The position numbers were made by a program, and so were the translations under genes. The notes below the pieces were generated by a model. The model saw only the letters and a list, made by a program, of their open reading frames with translations, searched no databases and was not told the origin of the DNA. DNA of 64,000 nt, from positions 58,714,001 to 58,778,000 of the forward strand of contig NC_043007.1 in assembly GCF_006345805.1 (NCBI RefSeq), read 5' to 3'. This stretch comes from Octopus sinensis (Eukaryota). Shown one piece after another: positions 12,771 to 24,880 of the stretch (its first letter is position 1; the number at the start of each line of letters is the position of its first letter).

Positions 12771-13331
12771 TGTTGTAATCCTTTCATCTGGACTGTTATA
12801 ACGCCCACTCCAGTATAGCAGTATAGTTAGTTAGACAAGTAAAGACACAACTATCTATGACTGACAGTATTTATAATGACTATTACATACCACTTGTCAT
12901 GTGGGAGGGATGTACCACTATTACTATTATCCCCATAACATCTCCAATTTTAAGTTTTTCTTAGGTAGTGTAATTTTATTTCTTTCAATTGCAACTTGAG
13001 CAAACCAGCCAACAATTTTTCCATAATTTTATGGTTTGGTATACTATAAAATTCGCATAAGAAACTTTGTGATTTCTGTAACTCCTTGTGACTTTGTTAA
13101 TTCATCACCACCACTGTTGCAATCCTTTCATCTCAAACGTGTTTTGTGTGGAAATGGAGTGTTATAATGCTCACTCCAGTATAGCAGTATAGTTAGTTAG
13201 ACAAGACGTGACTATCGATGAATGTTTACTTCGTACTCCCTCCTACCAACACTGACAGTATTTATAATGGCTAGTGCATACCATTCGTCACATGGGAGAG
13301 GTGTACCATTATTACTATTATATGCATATCA
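12771..13331 (-). mobile_element. TRIM-like miniature LTR retroelement
   Basis: Two related direct repeats (13331-13115 and 12940-12771) with TG...CA ends. TGGTGGTG PBS-like sequence follows the 5' repeat, a short purine tract precedes the 3' repeat, and the 174-bp interior is non-coding. Confidence 0.55.
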
Positions 13332-13695
13332 AGCATGGAAAAGTTGTTATTGTGTGTGTGTGTGCATGCATGTGACCCTGTGTGTCATTGTATTGACACC
13401 ATTTGAGTATTAGTGACATTTGTCTATATCCTGCAGCTAGGCAAGTAAGGCTTGGCACCAGGAAGGGCATCCAACTGCAGAATGCTATCTCAGGAAGTCT
13501 CATCCAACTGATGCTACCATGGAAGAAAAGCAGGTGTAAAAAAACAATAAGGATGGTGGTGGTGTACAGCAAGACGGTTCAAAGTGTAGGACAACTTATA
13601 CAGTAGCACCAGAAGTTAAAAAAATCATATTCAATATGACAGTAGACAAACTATTGTAATTAACAGGTAAACTGATAAGCAAAAGTCTCACTAAC

Positions 13696-13777
13696 CTGTC
13701 ATACCAGTCATCACACATCCAATGTGATCAGTTATTTGGTAGATATGTGTTACAGTGGAAGGGTCCAATAACTTGTC
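13696..13777 (-). CDS. PSMA6: PSMA6 exon 3 ([28 protein letters not shown]), 82 nt; not in the ORF track
   Basis: Manual translation of the minus strand; poly-T acceptor ttttcttAG, donor GTTAGT. Confidence 0.97.
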
Positions 13778-13840
13778 CTAAGAAAAAAAAAAAAAAGCAA
13801 TTTACTTCCAAGAAATTCTCTTTTTAATAATAATAATAAA

Positions 13841-14054
13841 CCCTTTAACATTCAGCTTACTCTGTCAAATGCAATGATTATTTATTTCATTTAAAAAAAA
13901 AAACTAATCATGTATTATCTTGTAGTTTTGAGATTTTGAAGATGTGATTGCTTATTTTTAAAAACACATTGCAGAGTAGGTATGAGAGGCTAGATCTATG
14001 GGCTTAAAACGTAGAATATTAGGGCTGGATATGGTCAGTTTAAATGCTATAGGG
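13841..14054 (+). mobile_element. piggyBac-derived MITE (same family as 10103-10284)
   Basis: CCCTTTAACATTCAG...AATGCTATAGGG; interior aligns with the 10.1-kb copy. Partial copies also at about 18488-18630 and 49395-49545. Confidence 0.8.
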
Positions 14055-14059
14055 TTTAA

Positions 14060-16588
14060 CTCTTTAGTGTTCAAACCAGCTGTACTCGGCCAAAATTAAT
14101 TCCCCTTTATTTGTTCAAGCCGGCCATATCTGACTGCTCCACGAAATCGCTAAAAAAATAAACAAACCATGTTATTGAATTATCATAGCTTTGAGATAAT
14201 GCGAGATGAAGCCTTTCCTGCCTTTATTCAAGTATAAATACTGTGAAATTGTTTAGACCACATGGCTTTTTCAACATTTGAAGAGAAGTCTGTACCTTAG
14301 TTTTTAAAGAAATGGCGTCAGCAAGTAGCGATTCTGACTTTGAAGGTTTTACTCTTGACAATATAGAAAATATAAACGAAAACAAGAGTATTTTGTCTTC
14401 AGATAAATCTGATATTGATATTTGTAAATATTTGTCAAACAGGGAAGATTTTGAGAAGAAAAGTCATAAAAATGAAAGTGATGGAAATGATACTGTAAAA
14501 CATGGCAACACTGATCCACAACACAATTTATCCCCTGATGCTCAACCATTGGACTATATTTTTATTTTTACGAGAAAGCTTTGTTTGAAAATGTTGCGGA
14601 AGAAACAAATATGCGCAATGTTCAATTTCTATTCGCAGAAGAAACGATCCATTATGGCAGCCAACTTATACTGCAGAAATGAGAGCGTTTTTCACAATTA
14701 ATATGTTTGACTGTGGAACTACTGGAGTCCACATATCTCAAGTATAATGTCGAAGATGAGGTATTCGAAAAATATATCAGTATTTACATTTAACTGATAC
14801 TGCTAATGTCCCCAGCAAAAACAACCCAAACTACGACTCCCTGTAGAAAGTACATCCTGTAATTGATTTACTTGTTAATAATTATAAAACTGTGTATCTG
14901 CCTGGGAAAAAATCTCAGTGTAGATGAAGCCATGATAGGCTATAAGGGCAGAGTACATTTTCGGCAGTACATGCCAGCCAAACCTACTAAATGGGGGATC
15001 AAGGTATGGGAAGTTTGTGAATCGGAGACTGGATATTGTGTATACTTCGATATTTACACAGGTAAAAAATATAATGGAAACAGACCACATGGATTGGGAC
15101 ATGATGTTGTATGGTATCTTACTGAACCATTTCACCATCAGCACCGACACGTCTATTTTGACCGTTTTTTTTTCTGCAGTGGCTTTGGCAGAAAACCTTG
15201 CCCATGTAAGTATTTACATGTCCAGTACTGTTATGGGAAACTGTAAAAGTTTACCCTGTGAAATAAAAACAAAATTTAAAAAAAGAGGGGACATTTTACA
15301 AATGCAAAGAGAAAAATTTATTAGCTACTGCTTTCAAAGACAAAAGACAGATTTTATTTCTGTCTTCTAATAAACAACCTGGTGTTGGCACTGAGGGGAA
15401 ACCCCTAGTGAATATTTATTATAACAAATATATGGGTGGGGTTGATAAATCTGACCAATATCAGGCATATTATCCAGTAGGTCAACCTAGGAAGAAATGG
15501 TGGAGGTACATTTTGTGGTTTTTAGTTAATTTAACTATTGTAAATTCATACATTGTATATGTAAAAAGCCACAAGGTACCTCTACCACTAAAGGACAACA
15601 ACCATTTTCAATTTCGGGTTGACATCGCATCTCAGTTATGCAAGGGCTTTTCTTCTAGAAAACACAGAACTGGGAGAAAAGCAAAATTAACTGAGGTGGA
15701 TGTCAACAAAGAAAATATTGACTTTCATAAAGTCGAAAAGATAAATGGAAGAAAAAAAGTTAGCAGACTGTGTTTGCTGCAAAAAAGAAAAACTGCAAAG
15801 GGTGCTTTGGGCAGTTTCATAACAGAAATAACTATATTATTTTGTATATTCCTTTTCGTTTTATTATAAATAATATGTGAAAGTGAGAGATAAATATTAA
15901 TTTTCAGTATGTTACACACTTGTATTCACCTAAAATTATCCCAGATGTCAACCACCAACAATTTTACATTTTTCAAAATGAGGTACATCAATTGGTATTA
16001 ATTAAAATAATAGGTCTCCTATTAATGAGATTTTTTTTATTAGATGCATTCTGTAATGTAAATGAATTTGTTAAATTCTATAAGAGTACATAGCCAATGG
16101 TATACTGACTAGTAAAAGAGTTTTGTACTTTCTTTTCAATGAAGACATTTGAACGAAATATAGAAAAAGAGTAAAATCTTGTACCAATTACACCTGTATT
16201 TTAATTAATTCTAATTAATGTATCTCATCTTGAAAAATGTAAAATTGTTGGTGGTTGACATCTGGGATAATTTTAGTAACAGATCAAATAGGTAATATGT
16301 ATTAAGAATAGGAATTTTAGTGTTTATTCATAATGTTATTGCTTTTACACCTGTTAATTAAATTTACTGGCCCATAAAAGCCAAAATTAATCAGAAAGAT
16401 CAGCTAAAATTACGTAACTATAAACCACTGGCATATAAGCATCCATTTACAAAATTTCAAATCTGTATGTAGAAAATTAACAAAGTTACAATGAAATATT
16501 GTGGACACCCTACTTGAACCTGAATAAATCAAAATTTATGTGAACAGATAAGCATTACATTTGACAAATTAATCTGAACACTAAAGAG
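14060..16588 (+). mobile_element. Full-length but inactivated piggyBac (PGBD-type) DNA transposon in PSMA6 intron 2
   Basis: Perfect 14-bp TIRs CTCTTTAGTGTTCA (14060-14073) / TGAACACTAAAGAG (16575-16588), TTAA on both sides. Frameshifted transposase pieces: SVDEAMIGYKGRVHFRQYMPAKPTKWGIK, YFDRFF, YNKYMGGVDKSDQ, C-terminal Cys-rich relic. Confidence 0.93.
15930..16276. mobile_element. MITE-like foldback element nested in the piggyBac 3' region
   Basis: About 80-bp inverted arms beginning CTAAAATTATCCCAGATGTCAACCACCAACAATTTTACATTTTTCAA, with the reverse complement ending at 16276. Confidence 0.7.
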
Positions 16589-17896
16589 TTAAACTCAGTA
16601 ATTAACACATATCTTAGCTATAAAACAGAAGTTTACAAGCTGAGATCTTTAAAAGTTTCATGTGGTTGATGTCCAATTTGAACTTCAAATTAATGAGAAC
16701 TGCATGTAAAACAGGAGCAATTTCAAAGCATTGCTGTTCTGGGATAGAATGAGCAGACAATGTATTTAGTGCAGGATCTGAGTATGAGACACAATAATGG
16801 TAACAAGGAGAGATGGATGAATAAAGTGGGTTTGCAAATAACTTGCAAGTTCAAATGAGCAGAGGTTATTTTCTTAGCAGAAGCGGCAGAAAGAAACAAC
16901 TGGAAGCTATGGTCATAGCATCTTGACAGTCTTTGGTTATTAGTGAAATAGATGTTTGTGAGCAGTGACAACACTGATATGTCAGTAATATTTCAATTTA
17001 ATACTTGAGCCTTTGTAATTGGACAATACAGAAGTCTTTTCTGGCCATAAAAATGAAATTTTGGGAATGTCATTAAAAAAATTACAGAAATTATTAAATC
17101 AGTTAATTTACAGCTTGAGCTTTTCAGTAACAACCCATCTACTACAAAATAAGGCGAGCTACCCCTACAGTCAGCTAATTAATCTGGCATAAATATAGTC
17201 ACTCTCTTATTTAAAGCCAGCCATCACCTGTGAATGAGTATGGCCTGGTAACATGTACCATGCTTTTGCTAATTGTTTTAGATTACCTGTGTAACTGTGA
17301 GCAGACACAGACACTCTCCCACATCTCCAAGCCTTTGACTTAGTGACATATCCAGGATATGACAACTGGAAAGAGAAAGATCTACAACAGCATAAAATAA
17401 AGATGCTTGCTTAAAAGCACAATGTACTATCCAACCCAGGAACTGAAGCAATAACACTGATAATCATGAACCAAACACCTTAACCAAGTGGCCAGGAACT
17501 TTCACTAACAAGTGATTTGTTCAAACCATTATGCTCTTAAACCAGATTACACTCATCCCTTAACTGTGAACAACTCACAAACTCTACTGGTACAAGACAA
17601 CTTATCTATACATAAACTACAAGTGAATGTCAAAGGGAAAAAAATGACTGAAAAATACTGGGTTATCTTAGTGACAAGTCAAATTTCACAGTAACAATAA
17701 TTATATTTTGACAGACATCATTCTTCAGTTACTTACCATTGAGAAATCGATTTCAATCAAATTCCCCAGTAAGTTTTGTCAAAATTCTAGCTAAGAAAAT
17801 TAAGCTATAATTTCTCGTAATTTATTTTTAATGAATTTCAACATTTTTAACAAATTTCAAAATAAAATACTGCTTATAGATTTTTTTCATACTTAC

Positions 17897-17991
17897 AGGA
17901 ACCTTTTTCTGAGTAACTACAACTGCTGAGTCTTTTCCCTTGATAGCAACGGATGTAAGTCCTCCTTGATTAATGGCTTTAAAGGCATATT
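17897..17991 (-). CDS. PSMA6: PSMA6 exon 2 ([32 protein letters not shown]), 95 nt
   Basis: Acceptor ttttcaaAG, donor GTAAGT; phase-compatible with exons 1 and 3. Confidence 0.98.
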
Positions 17992-18799
17992 CTTTGAAAA
18001 ACAGAAAACCAGAAAGAAGTGTTAATTCAATACTGAGAATAAAATATTCAACTGCAAAGAGCAAAAATGACAAGGCTACATAATCTACAACAGATCCCAT
18101 ACATAACAACCTAAAGCTCACAAGTACAACATTAGAACAATAACTGCTCTATTAATTTTCAAGAATCACATTTTTACCTGTGCTGAAATTTCTCCCTCAT
18201 TTCCCTAGTTTAAGAAATTTAGTTGAATCAATTTATTCATTAAATTATCCTCAAAAATAGATGGAAAAAAAAAATCAATCTGGTGAAAATATATTTCTTT
18301 TAAAAATTGAATAAAACAACTACAAACACAATCAACAATCTCAACTATTGTTGTTTAGTTCCTAGTCAGCAATGATAATCCAGATATGATTTAAATTCTT
18401 CAGATTGTGATCATCATTTGCATTTCTTCCCAAATGCCAAATACAGTGTATCTTGTATCACATTATCCAATATATGTCCATCCCATTTTAACCCTTCAGT
18501 ATTCAAATTGGCCAGATCTGGCCAAAATATTCTACTTGTTTTATATTCAAACTGACCAGCTCAGGCCTCTTACACCTACCCTATAATGTCATTCTAAAAT
18601 AAACAATCACATCATTGAAATCTGAAAGCTGTTGGTACCAACATAACAGCGACTTGTTATTTTAAACTTTGATGATTACTTTGAAATAAATTTTTACTCA
18701 ACTATTTTTCCTGTAATATAACATTCTGAAGTGCAGACTTTGATCTATTGATTTATGCTAATGCCTTTGTTTTCACTATTTCTCCTTACTTATTTTAGG

Positions 18800-19800
18800 C
18801 AACAAAATTAAAGACAGAAAAAAAGAGAATTTGAGCACAGCAGAAACTGCTTACAGTATCAGTCAAGCAGTTGGCCAGGAAACTGTTGATGAATGTACTA
18901 CTTCACATTGGTTCCAAACATTTTGTAGCAGTAACTTAGAGCTTAGAAGATGAGGAAGGTCATGGGTGAGTTTCTGTGACCAATGACCAATTAAAGGCCT
19001 TTAATGAAGCAAAAAAACACAAACAAAACTATTTAAAAGGTAATCATTCAACAGTTGTTTGATATTTGGATTACATTGGTAAAACAAACATGGAGCCTGG
19101 GCAGCTCTCATTAAACTGTCCAACCCATACCGGCATGGAAAATGGAAGTTAAATGATGATGAAAATTCAAAAATTGATGCTGCATAAGCTGAATGAGGCA
19201 AGAAAAAAAACTGTCATTACCACATCTGTTCTGCACTTCTTTTGTACAACAAAAATACCCCAGTTGTTTTCCATTTCATTACATGTGACAAAAAATGGAT
19301 TCTCTACAATGACTGTGTTCTGCATAGCAGCCGGACAGAGGTGAAATATCAATATACACTTTCTCAAACCAAAGCTACATCAAGAGGAAGTTATGGTCAC
19401 TGTTTGGTGGTCAGCAAGTGGTATCTTCCACTATTATTTCTTGAATCTTAGTGAAAATAACACAGCAGAAAAGTGTTGTCAGGAAATCAAAATACACTAA
19501 TGGCTGCAATAATTTTATTCGATAGTGGTCAACTAAATTTTCTTCTCCATGATAAGCCAGGTCAGTTCTTGCAAATGACTCAGCAGAAATTGAACATCCT
19601 GGGCTACAAAACTATCTCACCCAACTTATTCCCGAGGCATTCTCCAACTGATTACCACTTTTTCAAGTATCTTCATATCTTCTGGCAAATATCCCTCAAC
19701 AAGCAGTAGCTCAAAATGCCTTCAAAGACTTCATCAGTTCAAGACCCCCAGAATCTTATGTAGTCAAAACAAATTTGTTTCTTGTTGATGAAAATGAGAA
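18800..19800 (+). mobile_element. Decayed mariner transposase
   Basis: Fragments FITCDKKWILYND (TCDEKW motif), a K...VMVTVWW-like segment and SPTDYHFFKYL across broken frames; interrupted downstream by a SINE. Confidence 0.85.
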
Positions 19801-19837
19801 GATTTTAATGGTTAATATTTTGTGAAATAAATAAAGA

Positions 19838-20050
19838 GGCAAGCTAGCAGAATTGTTAGTATGCCTGGCAAAATGCTTAGCAGTATTTCCTCCATGTTTA
19901 TGTTCTGACTTCAAATTCTGCCAAAGCCAACTTTGCCTTTCATCCTTCAAGAATCAATAAAATAAGTACCAGCTGAACACTGGGGTCAATATAACCAACT
20001 TAACCTACCCCCCCTCCCAAGTTGCTGGCCTTGTGCCAAAATTTGAAATC
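19838..20050 (+). mobile_element. Second short SINE family (copies also at about 45690-45890 minus, 59480-59670, 60998-61175)
   Basis: Shared GCAGAATTGTTAG...AAAATGCTTAGC...GTTCTGAGTTCAAATTC...CTTTGCCTTTCATCC...AATAAGTACCAG sequence. Confidence 0.8.
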
Positions 20051-20820
20051 AATATTTTGTGAAATAAACTTTATTTTGAGCTAAGATATATTACATTAAA
20101 ATTAATGACTAGTACACAGATATGACTTTGTGGTTAAGCAAAACACTTTGCAACCATGCAGCATTTTGAGTAGGTGTCTTCAATAACCAAAGGACAACCA
20201 AAGCTTTGTGAGATATACATGTGTGCATATGTTCATGTCTCCTTTCTTGATATCACACACTAATTGTAAACAAACATATCATACAAAAATGGAATAATTT
20301 CTTTTATCTTTAACTGGTTTCAGTCATTAGACTGTGGTCATGCTGGGGTACTCCATTGAAGAATTTTTAATTGAAGCAATTGACCTTAGTACTTAATTTT
20401 TTGCTAAGCCTAGTACTTATTCTATCAGCTTCTTTTGCTGAACTGCTAAGTTATGGGGACATAAACACACCAACACTGGCTGTAAAGCAGTATTGGAGGG
20501 GGAACACACACACACATGTAATTATATAAGTTTAAGAGATACAAGGAAGAAGTTCAACTCAGGCAGACTACGACTGGTGTATACAAATACAGATTTAATA
20601 AAAAGAATTGTCTTAAACATATAAATACATTCAAAATATAGAGATATAGAAATATAAAAATATATATGAATGTTAACAATATGCAAGGACAAATAAATAT
20701 ATAAATATAATAGAGTATAGATAAAAATATAAAAAGACATTTCGTTTAAAAATTATGGAATGCAGGGAGTAATAAATGTTTAAAAAAGAGTTTTTGGTAC
20801 CATACTTAAATGAAATGAAG

Positions 20821-20910
20821 TTTTCTTACAATCATTTCAAGGATTCTTTCCAAAAGTACATGTGAATCTTATGATACACTTTGAAGGAATGCTCCCATCA
20901 TCAGGGAAAA
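20821..20910 (-). ncRNA. Type I hammerhead ribozyme-like motif (family B) in the Penelope 3' terminal repeat
   Basis: Minus strand: TTTTCC-CTGATGA-long imperfect stem II-GAAA-TGATTG-TA-AGAAAA. Stem I pairs 5 of 6; GUA triplet; same sense as the RT ORF. Confidence 0.55.
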
Positions 20911-21004
20911 TGAGAAGAATAGTGTTGCGCCAGAAATGTGTTTGTTTTGGAAGTATTAATTTATGTTTTATATAAGAGATGTATGACTTATGGAAATTAT
21001 TAAT

Positions 21005-21335
21005 CACCATCATCATCGTTTAGCGTTCGCTTTCCATACTAGCATGGGTTGGACGGTTCAACTGGGGTCTGGGAAGCCAGAAGGATGCACCAGGCCCAGT
21101 TTGATCTAGCAATGTTTCTACGGCTGGATGCCATTCCTAACGCCAACCACTCCATGAGTGTAGTGGGTGCTTTATACGTGCCAGACGAGTCTGGCAAACG
21201 GCCACGATCGGATGGTGCTTTTTATGTGCCACCGGCACGGGGGCCAGGCGAGGCTGGCAACGGCCACGAACGGATTGTGCTTTTTACGTGCCACCGGCAC
21301 GAGGCCAATCGGGGCGGCGATGGCAACGTTAAGTG
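21005..21335 (-). mobile_element. RTE 3' UTR fragment inserted in the Penelope element (other minus-strand fragments at about 5776-5912, 12055-12310, 43234-43535, 60103-60660, 62866-63140; plus-strand copy at about 52560-53079)
   Basis: CATCATCATCGTTTA...TTTCCATRCTAGCATGGGTTGGA...CTGGATGCC.TTCCTAACGCCAACCAC family signature. Confidence 0.85.
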
Positions 21336-23496
21336 GTAATAAATTGTTGTATTATAGAAAATGTTACTATGCAGGTTCAAATTTAAATTTACTCTTGAAA
21401 GTTGAATAATATCTATGGTTACACAAATGAATAGCTTCAGAGAACTTATTTAAAATATTAGAATTTAAAAGGCGAAGGATTATGTACAATTCTTTTATAC
21501 ACAATCGACATCTGCCGGTAATGGTAATGTATGGTGGGGCCTCATCTATGATCAACCAAGACAATGTATAATTAATGTTTTGCAATTTTAAACTGTGTAT
21601 ATAGCTTGTTAGCGCTGTAGAGTTTCTATGTTTTAACCTATTAAAGGAACTTACATATATTCTATACCATTTTTTTGAAGTCTTTGGTACTTCCTATATA
21701 TACTCTAGTTTGCTGTTTTTCCTTTATCACTGTATATTTATATATTACATTTTTGCGTAGACATAGACCCGCGAGCGGACATAATTCAGGGTCCCTACAA
21801 TCGCAACTTTTTGGCTTCCTATTTATACTTTTAGTTTTATTAATGTTATTTGAAGTTGTGTTAGTTATCCTATGATCTGGGCTTTTATTAATTTGGAGTT
21901 GAATTTTATTCCTGTTTGTCGATGTGATAATTGAACCCAAGTTCAGCATGGTAGAGTAAAATAATTTTATAGTATTTTTGTTAAATAAAGGGTAGGATTT
22001 TTGGTGCTTGGGGAAATTTAGTTTAAGAAATTTTAAAAACTGTCTTGGTAGATTTTTAAAACTTAGCGAAAACAGGGGGTGGAACCATATAATTTGTCTT
22101 TTCCTAGATTTAGAGTGAGTTACCCATCCAGGTCTTTGGGTACAGAGGGAGCATGTTTGTTAAAATTTCTAGTGTTAGGATTATAAAATTTAAGAGGGTT
22201 AATGACACATCTTATAGGTTTATGATTTAATGAGGGGGTTATGTTATTCATATCAGAGTTACTATGAGGTGTTAAATTAGCTAATTTGGCTTTGAGTTTG
22301 GTGTCAGGGATGTAGAAAATATGATCCTGAAAGCCGCTTAATTTTAGGGCATGATTACAAGTTGGTGCGTGTGCATTGAAGATCTCCTTGTTTGCTGATA
22401 GACTGGATATTCTAATGGAGATGGCGATGATAATACTATCAATGGTTAATTTTGGATGATTAGAAGAGATATTAATATATCGCAATGCTCAATTTGGTTT
22501 ACTGTACAGGTAGTATAACATTGTGTTTAGATTTAATGTGACATCTAGAAAGTTGACTATTTTTGTGTTGGTCTTGAATACAATATTGAGATTAAAGAAA
22601 TGTTCTTAGTGACTTTTTAATTTGTTCAATCTCCGATTTAGATGAACCATTTACTGTGAATAGAGTGTCATCTCTGTATAGCTCACCAGATGTTTGGGTA
22701 GCTTTTCCTAATTTGAGACAGTAGATAGAGACCCACTAAGTCTGTCACCTGGGCTGAATCTGACGACCCCACGGTGATATCAAAGTAGTCCAAGTCACTT
22801 CAAATCCAATTATGATCTTTAAAATTTATCAACGTTTTTCTCACGGTTAGGATAATACTAATATCAGATCGAGGGATGTTGACAAAATCCCGGGCAAATA
22901 TCAGTGCCTTATTTAATAATATTGAGAAGATAGTAGCATAACTCGATATGTCAAATTGTACAAAACGAGTTTTATGCTTACTCAGGAGCCAATGGAACCA
23001 TGTTAAAACATCACCTGTTGAATTCCAGAGGGTTTTAACATTATTTTAAAACTCCCTTATGTAAAACATAAATTAATACTTCCAAAACAATTAAACACAT
23101 TTCTGGTGCAAGCACTATTCTTCTCTTTTCCCTGATACTTCATTTCATTTAAGTGTGGGACCAAAAATTCTTTTTTAAACATTACTCCCTGCATTCCATA
23201 ATTTTTAAACGAAATGTCTTTCTATATTTCATTATCCTCAGCTATATTTTTATCTATACTCCATTGTATTTATATATGTATATATTTATTTGTCCTTGCA
23301 TATTTTTAACATTCATATATGTTTAAAGACAATTCTTTTTATTAAATCCGTATATGTATACACCAGTCGCAGTCTGCCTGAATTGAACTTTCATGTATCA
23401 CTTGAACTTGCCTAGCGTCTCAGGTTTGACTTGAGCACTTCCATGCCTTCTATGATTTTCTAAGGAAAATATACAATTATATGTATATGTGTATAC

Positions 23497-23527
<31 letters not shown>

Positions 23528-24412
23528 TAATAGGCTTCTTCCACTTCTCCCAGTTGCCATCTACCAAATCCACTCACAAGGCTGAGACTATAGCAGAAGA
23601 CACTTGCCCAAGGTGCCATGCATGGAACCATGTGGTTAGTAAGTAAGCTTCTTCCCACACAGCCAAACCTTTGTTGAAATGATGTATATCCAATGTATTG
23701 TTCATGTTCAAACAACTAGGGAAATGTTATATAGCTTGGAAATAGGTGAGGGTTGGCTATTGAGTATCTGGTCATAAAAATTCTGCTTTGACAGATCTTG
23801 TTTGATCTGTGTAAGCAATAGAAAAGTGGACATCAAAAAGATGATGAATACTTCTGTTTAGTATAGGCAAAATCTTTTGTTAAAAGGTATCAAGAAGTGA
23901 CTGTCTTCATATATCAGGACTTACACGATGAAAGTAAATCAATGAGATCTGCACATGAGTGCCAACAAATTCATTTGAAATGGCTTTATTATAATCTATT
24001 TCAAATTTAATTGGTAGAAAATTGATAATGAGCTGTGTTAAGTAATGAAAGTTAACGGGGCTTGGAAATGCATCAGACAGACTTTATAGCACATTTCCCT
24101 CATAGTCTTCCCCTACTGATTGTTATTTAGTCTATCATATTTGAATTTGTTTTGTAATCATCATCATTTAATGTACAGATTCCACGTTGGTATGGATTGC
24201 AGTTTGACAGGATAAATGCATCTTAATAAGTGAGAAGAATTGCATATATCTGAACTATTTCAAAGAAAAGCATAAATTTAATGTTTAAAATAGCTTTAAC
24301 CAAGGAATGAGATCCAACATTTCTTCACTTTTTCCAGAATTTCTTCTCTTTATTTTTTTTTTTTGCGAAATACGGAGTTTATGATTCATGTGTGAGTGTG
24401 TGTTCTTGATAC

Positions 24413-24880
24413 TCGTTTAGAACAAGTAGTTTTACACCAATTACACTATTTTTTCTTAGTTTAAAGGCCGTGGACTGAAGATGTGAAATTTCCGAAGCCT
24501 CTCCCCCACCCCCCTTTCGCGAGCGCGCATTTTTTTCATGATAGTCGTTTAGAGCAAGTTGTTTTACACCTATTACGCTGTTTTTGTGCCCGGTTCAGAC
24601 GCTTTCGGAAATTCCCGATATAAATATTCCGAGGCCTCTCCCCCACCCCTCTTTCGCGAGAGCGCATTTTTTTTTGTCATATTCGTTTAGAGCAAGTTGT
24701 TTTACACATATTACACTATTTTTTTTTTGTTTTGGTGCCCGGGTCAGCTCCTCAGACGCTTTCGGAACTTCCCGATGTGAATTTTCCGAGGCCTCTCCCC
24801 CACCCCCCTTTCGCGTGCGCGAATTTTTTTTTTCATATTCGTTCATAGGAAGTTGTTTTACACCTATTACACACATTTTT
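24413..24880. repeat. CpG-rich tandem repeat, about 3.3 units of about 130-155 bp, in PSMA6 intron 1
   Basis: Units start TCGTTTAGA at 24413, 24545 and 24683 (partial unit at 24839); each full unit has GCCTCTCCCCCACCCC(C/T)(C)TTTCGCG. Confidence 0.9.

Larger units (their letters stand above)
20538..23399 (-). mobile_element. 5'-truncated Penelope-like retroelement: RT + GIY-YIG relic with a 3' terminal repeat and an inverted terminal repeat at the 5' end
   Basis: Minus-strand RT pieces (WNSTGDVLTWF, FVQFDISSY, DSAQVTDLVGLYLL, VNFLDVTLNL, YINISSNHP); GIY-YIG pieces (CDCRDPELCPLAGLCLRKNVIYK, VYIGST, CRLCIKE). 20538-20980 is the reverse complement of 23052-23399. Confidence 0.9.

Noticed and set aside
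24413-24880. Tandem array considered as a CRISPR-like array
   Set aside because: Eukaryotic intron, whole units are homologous with no unique spacers, and there are no cas genes.
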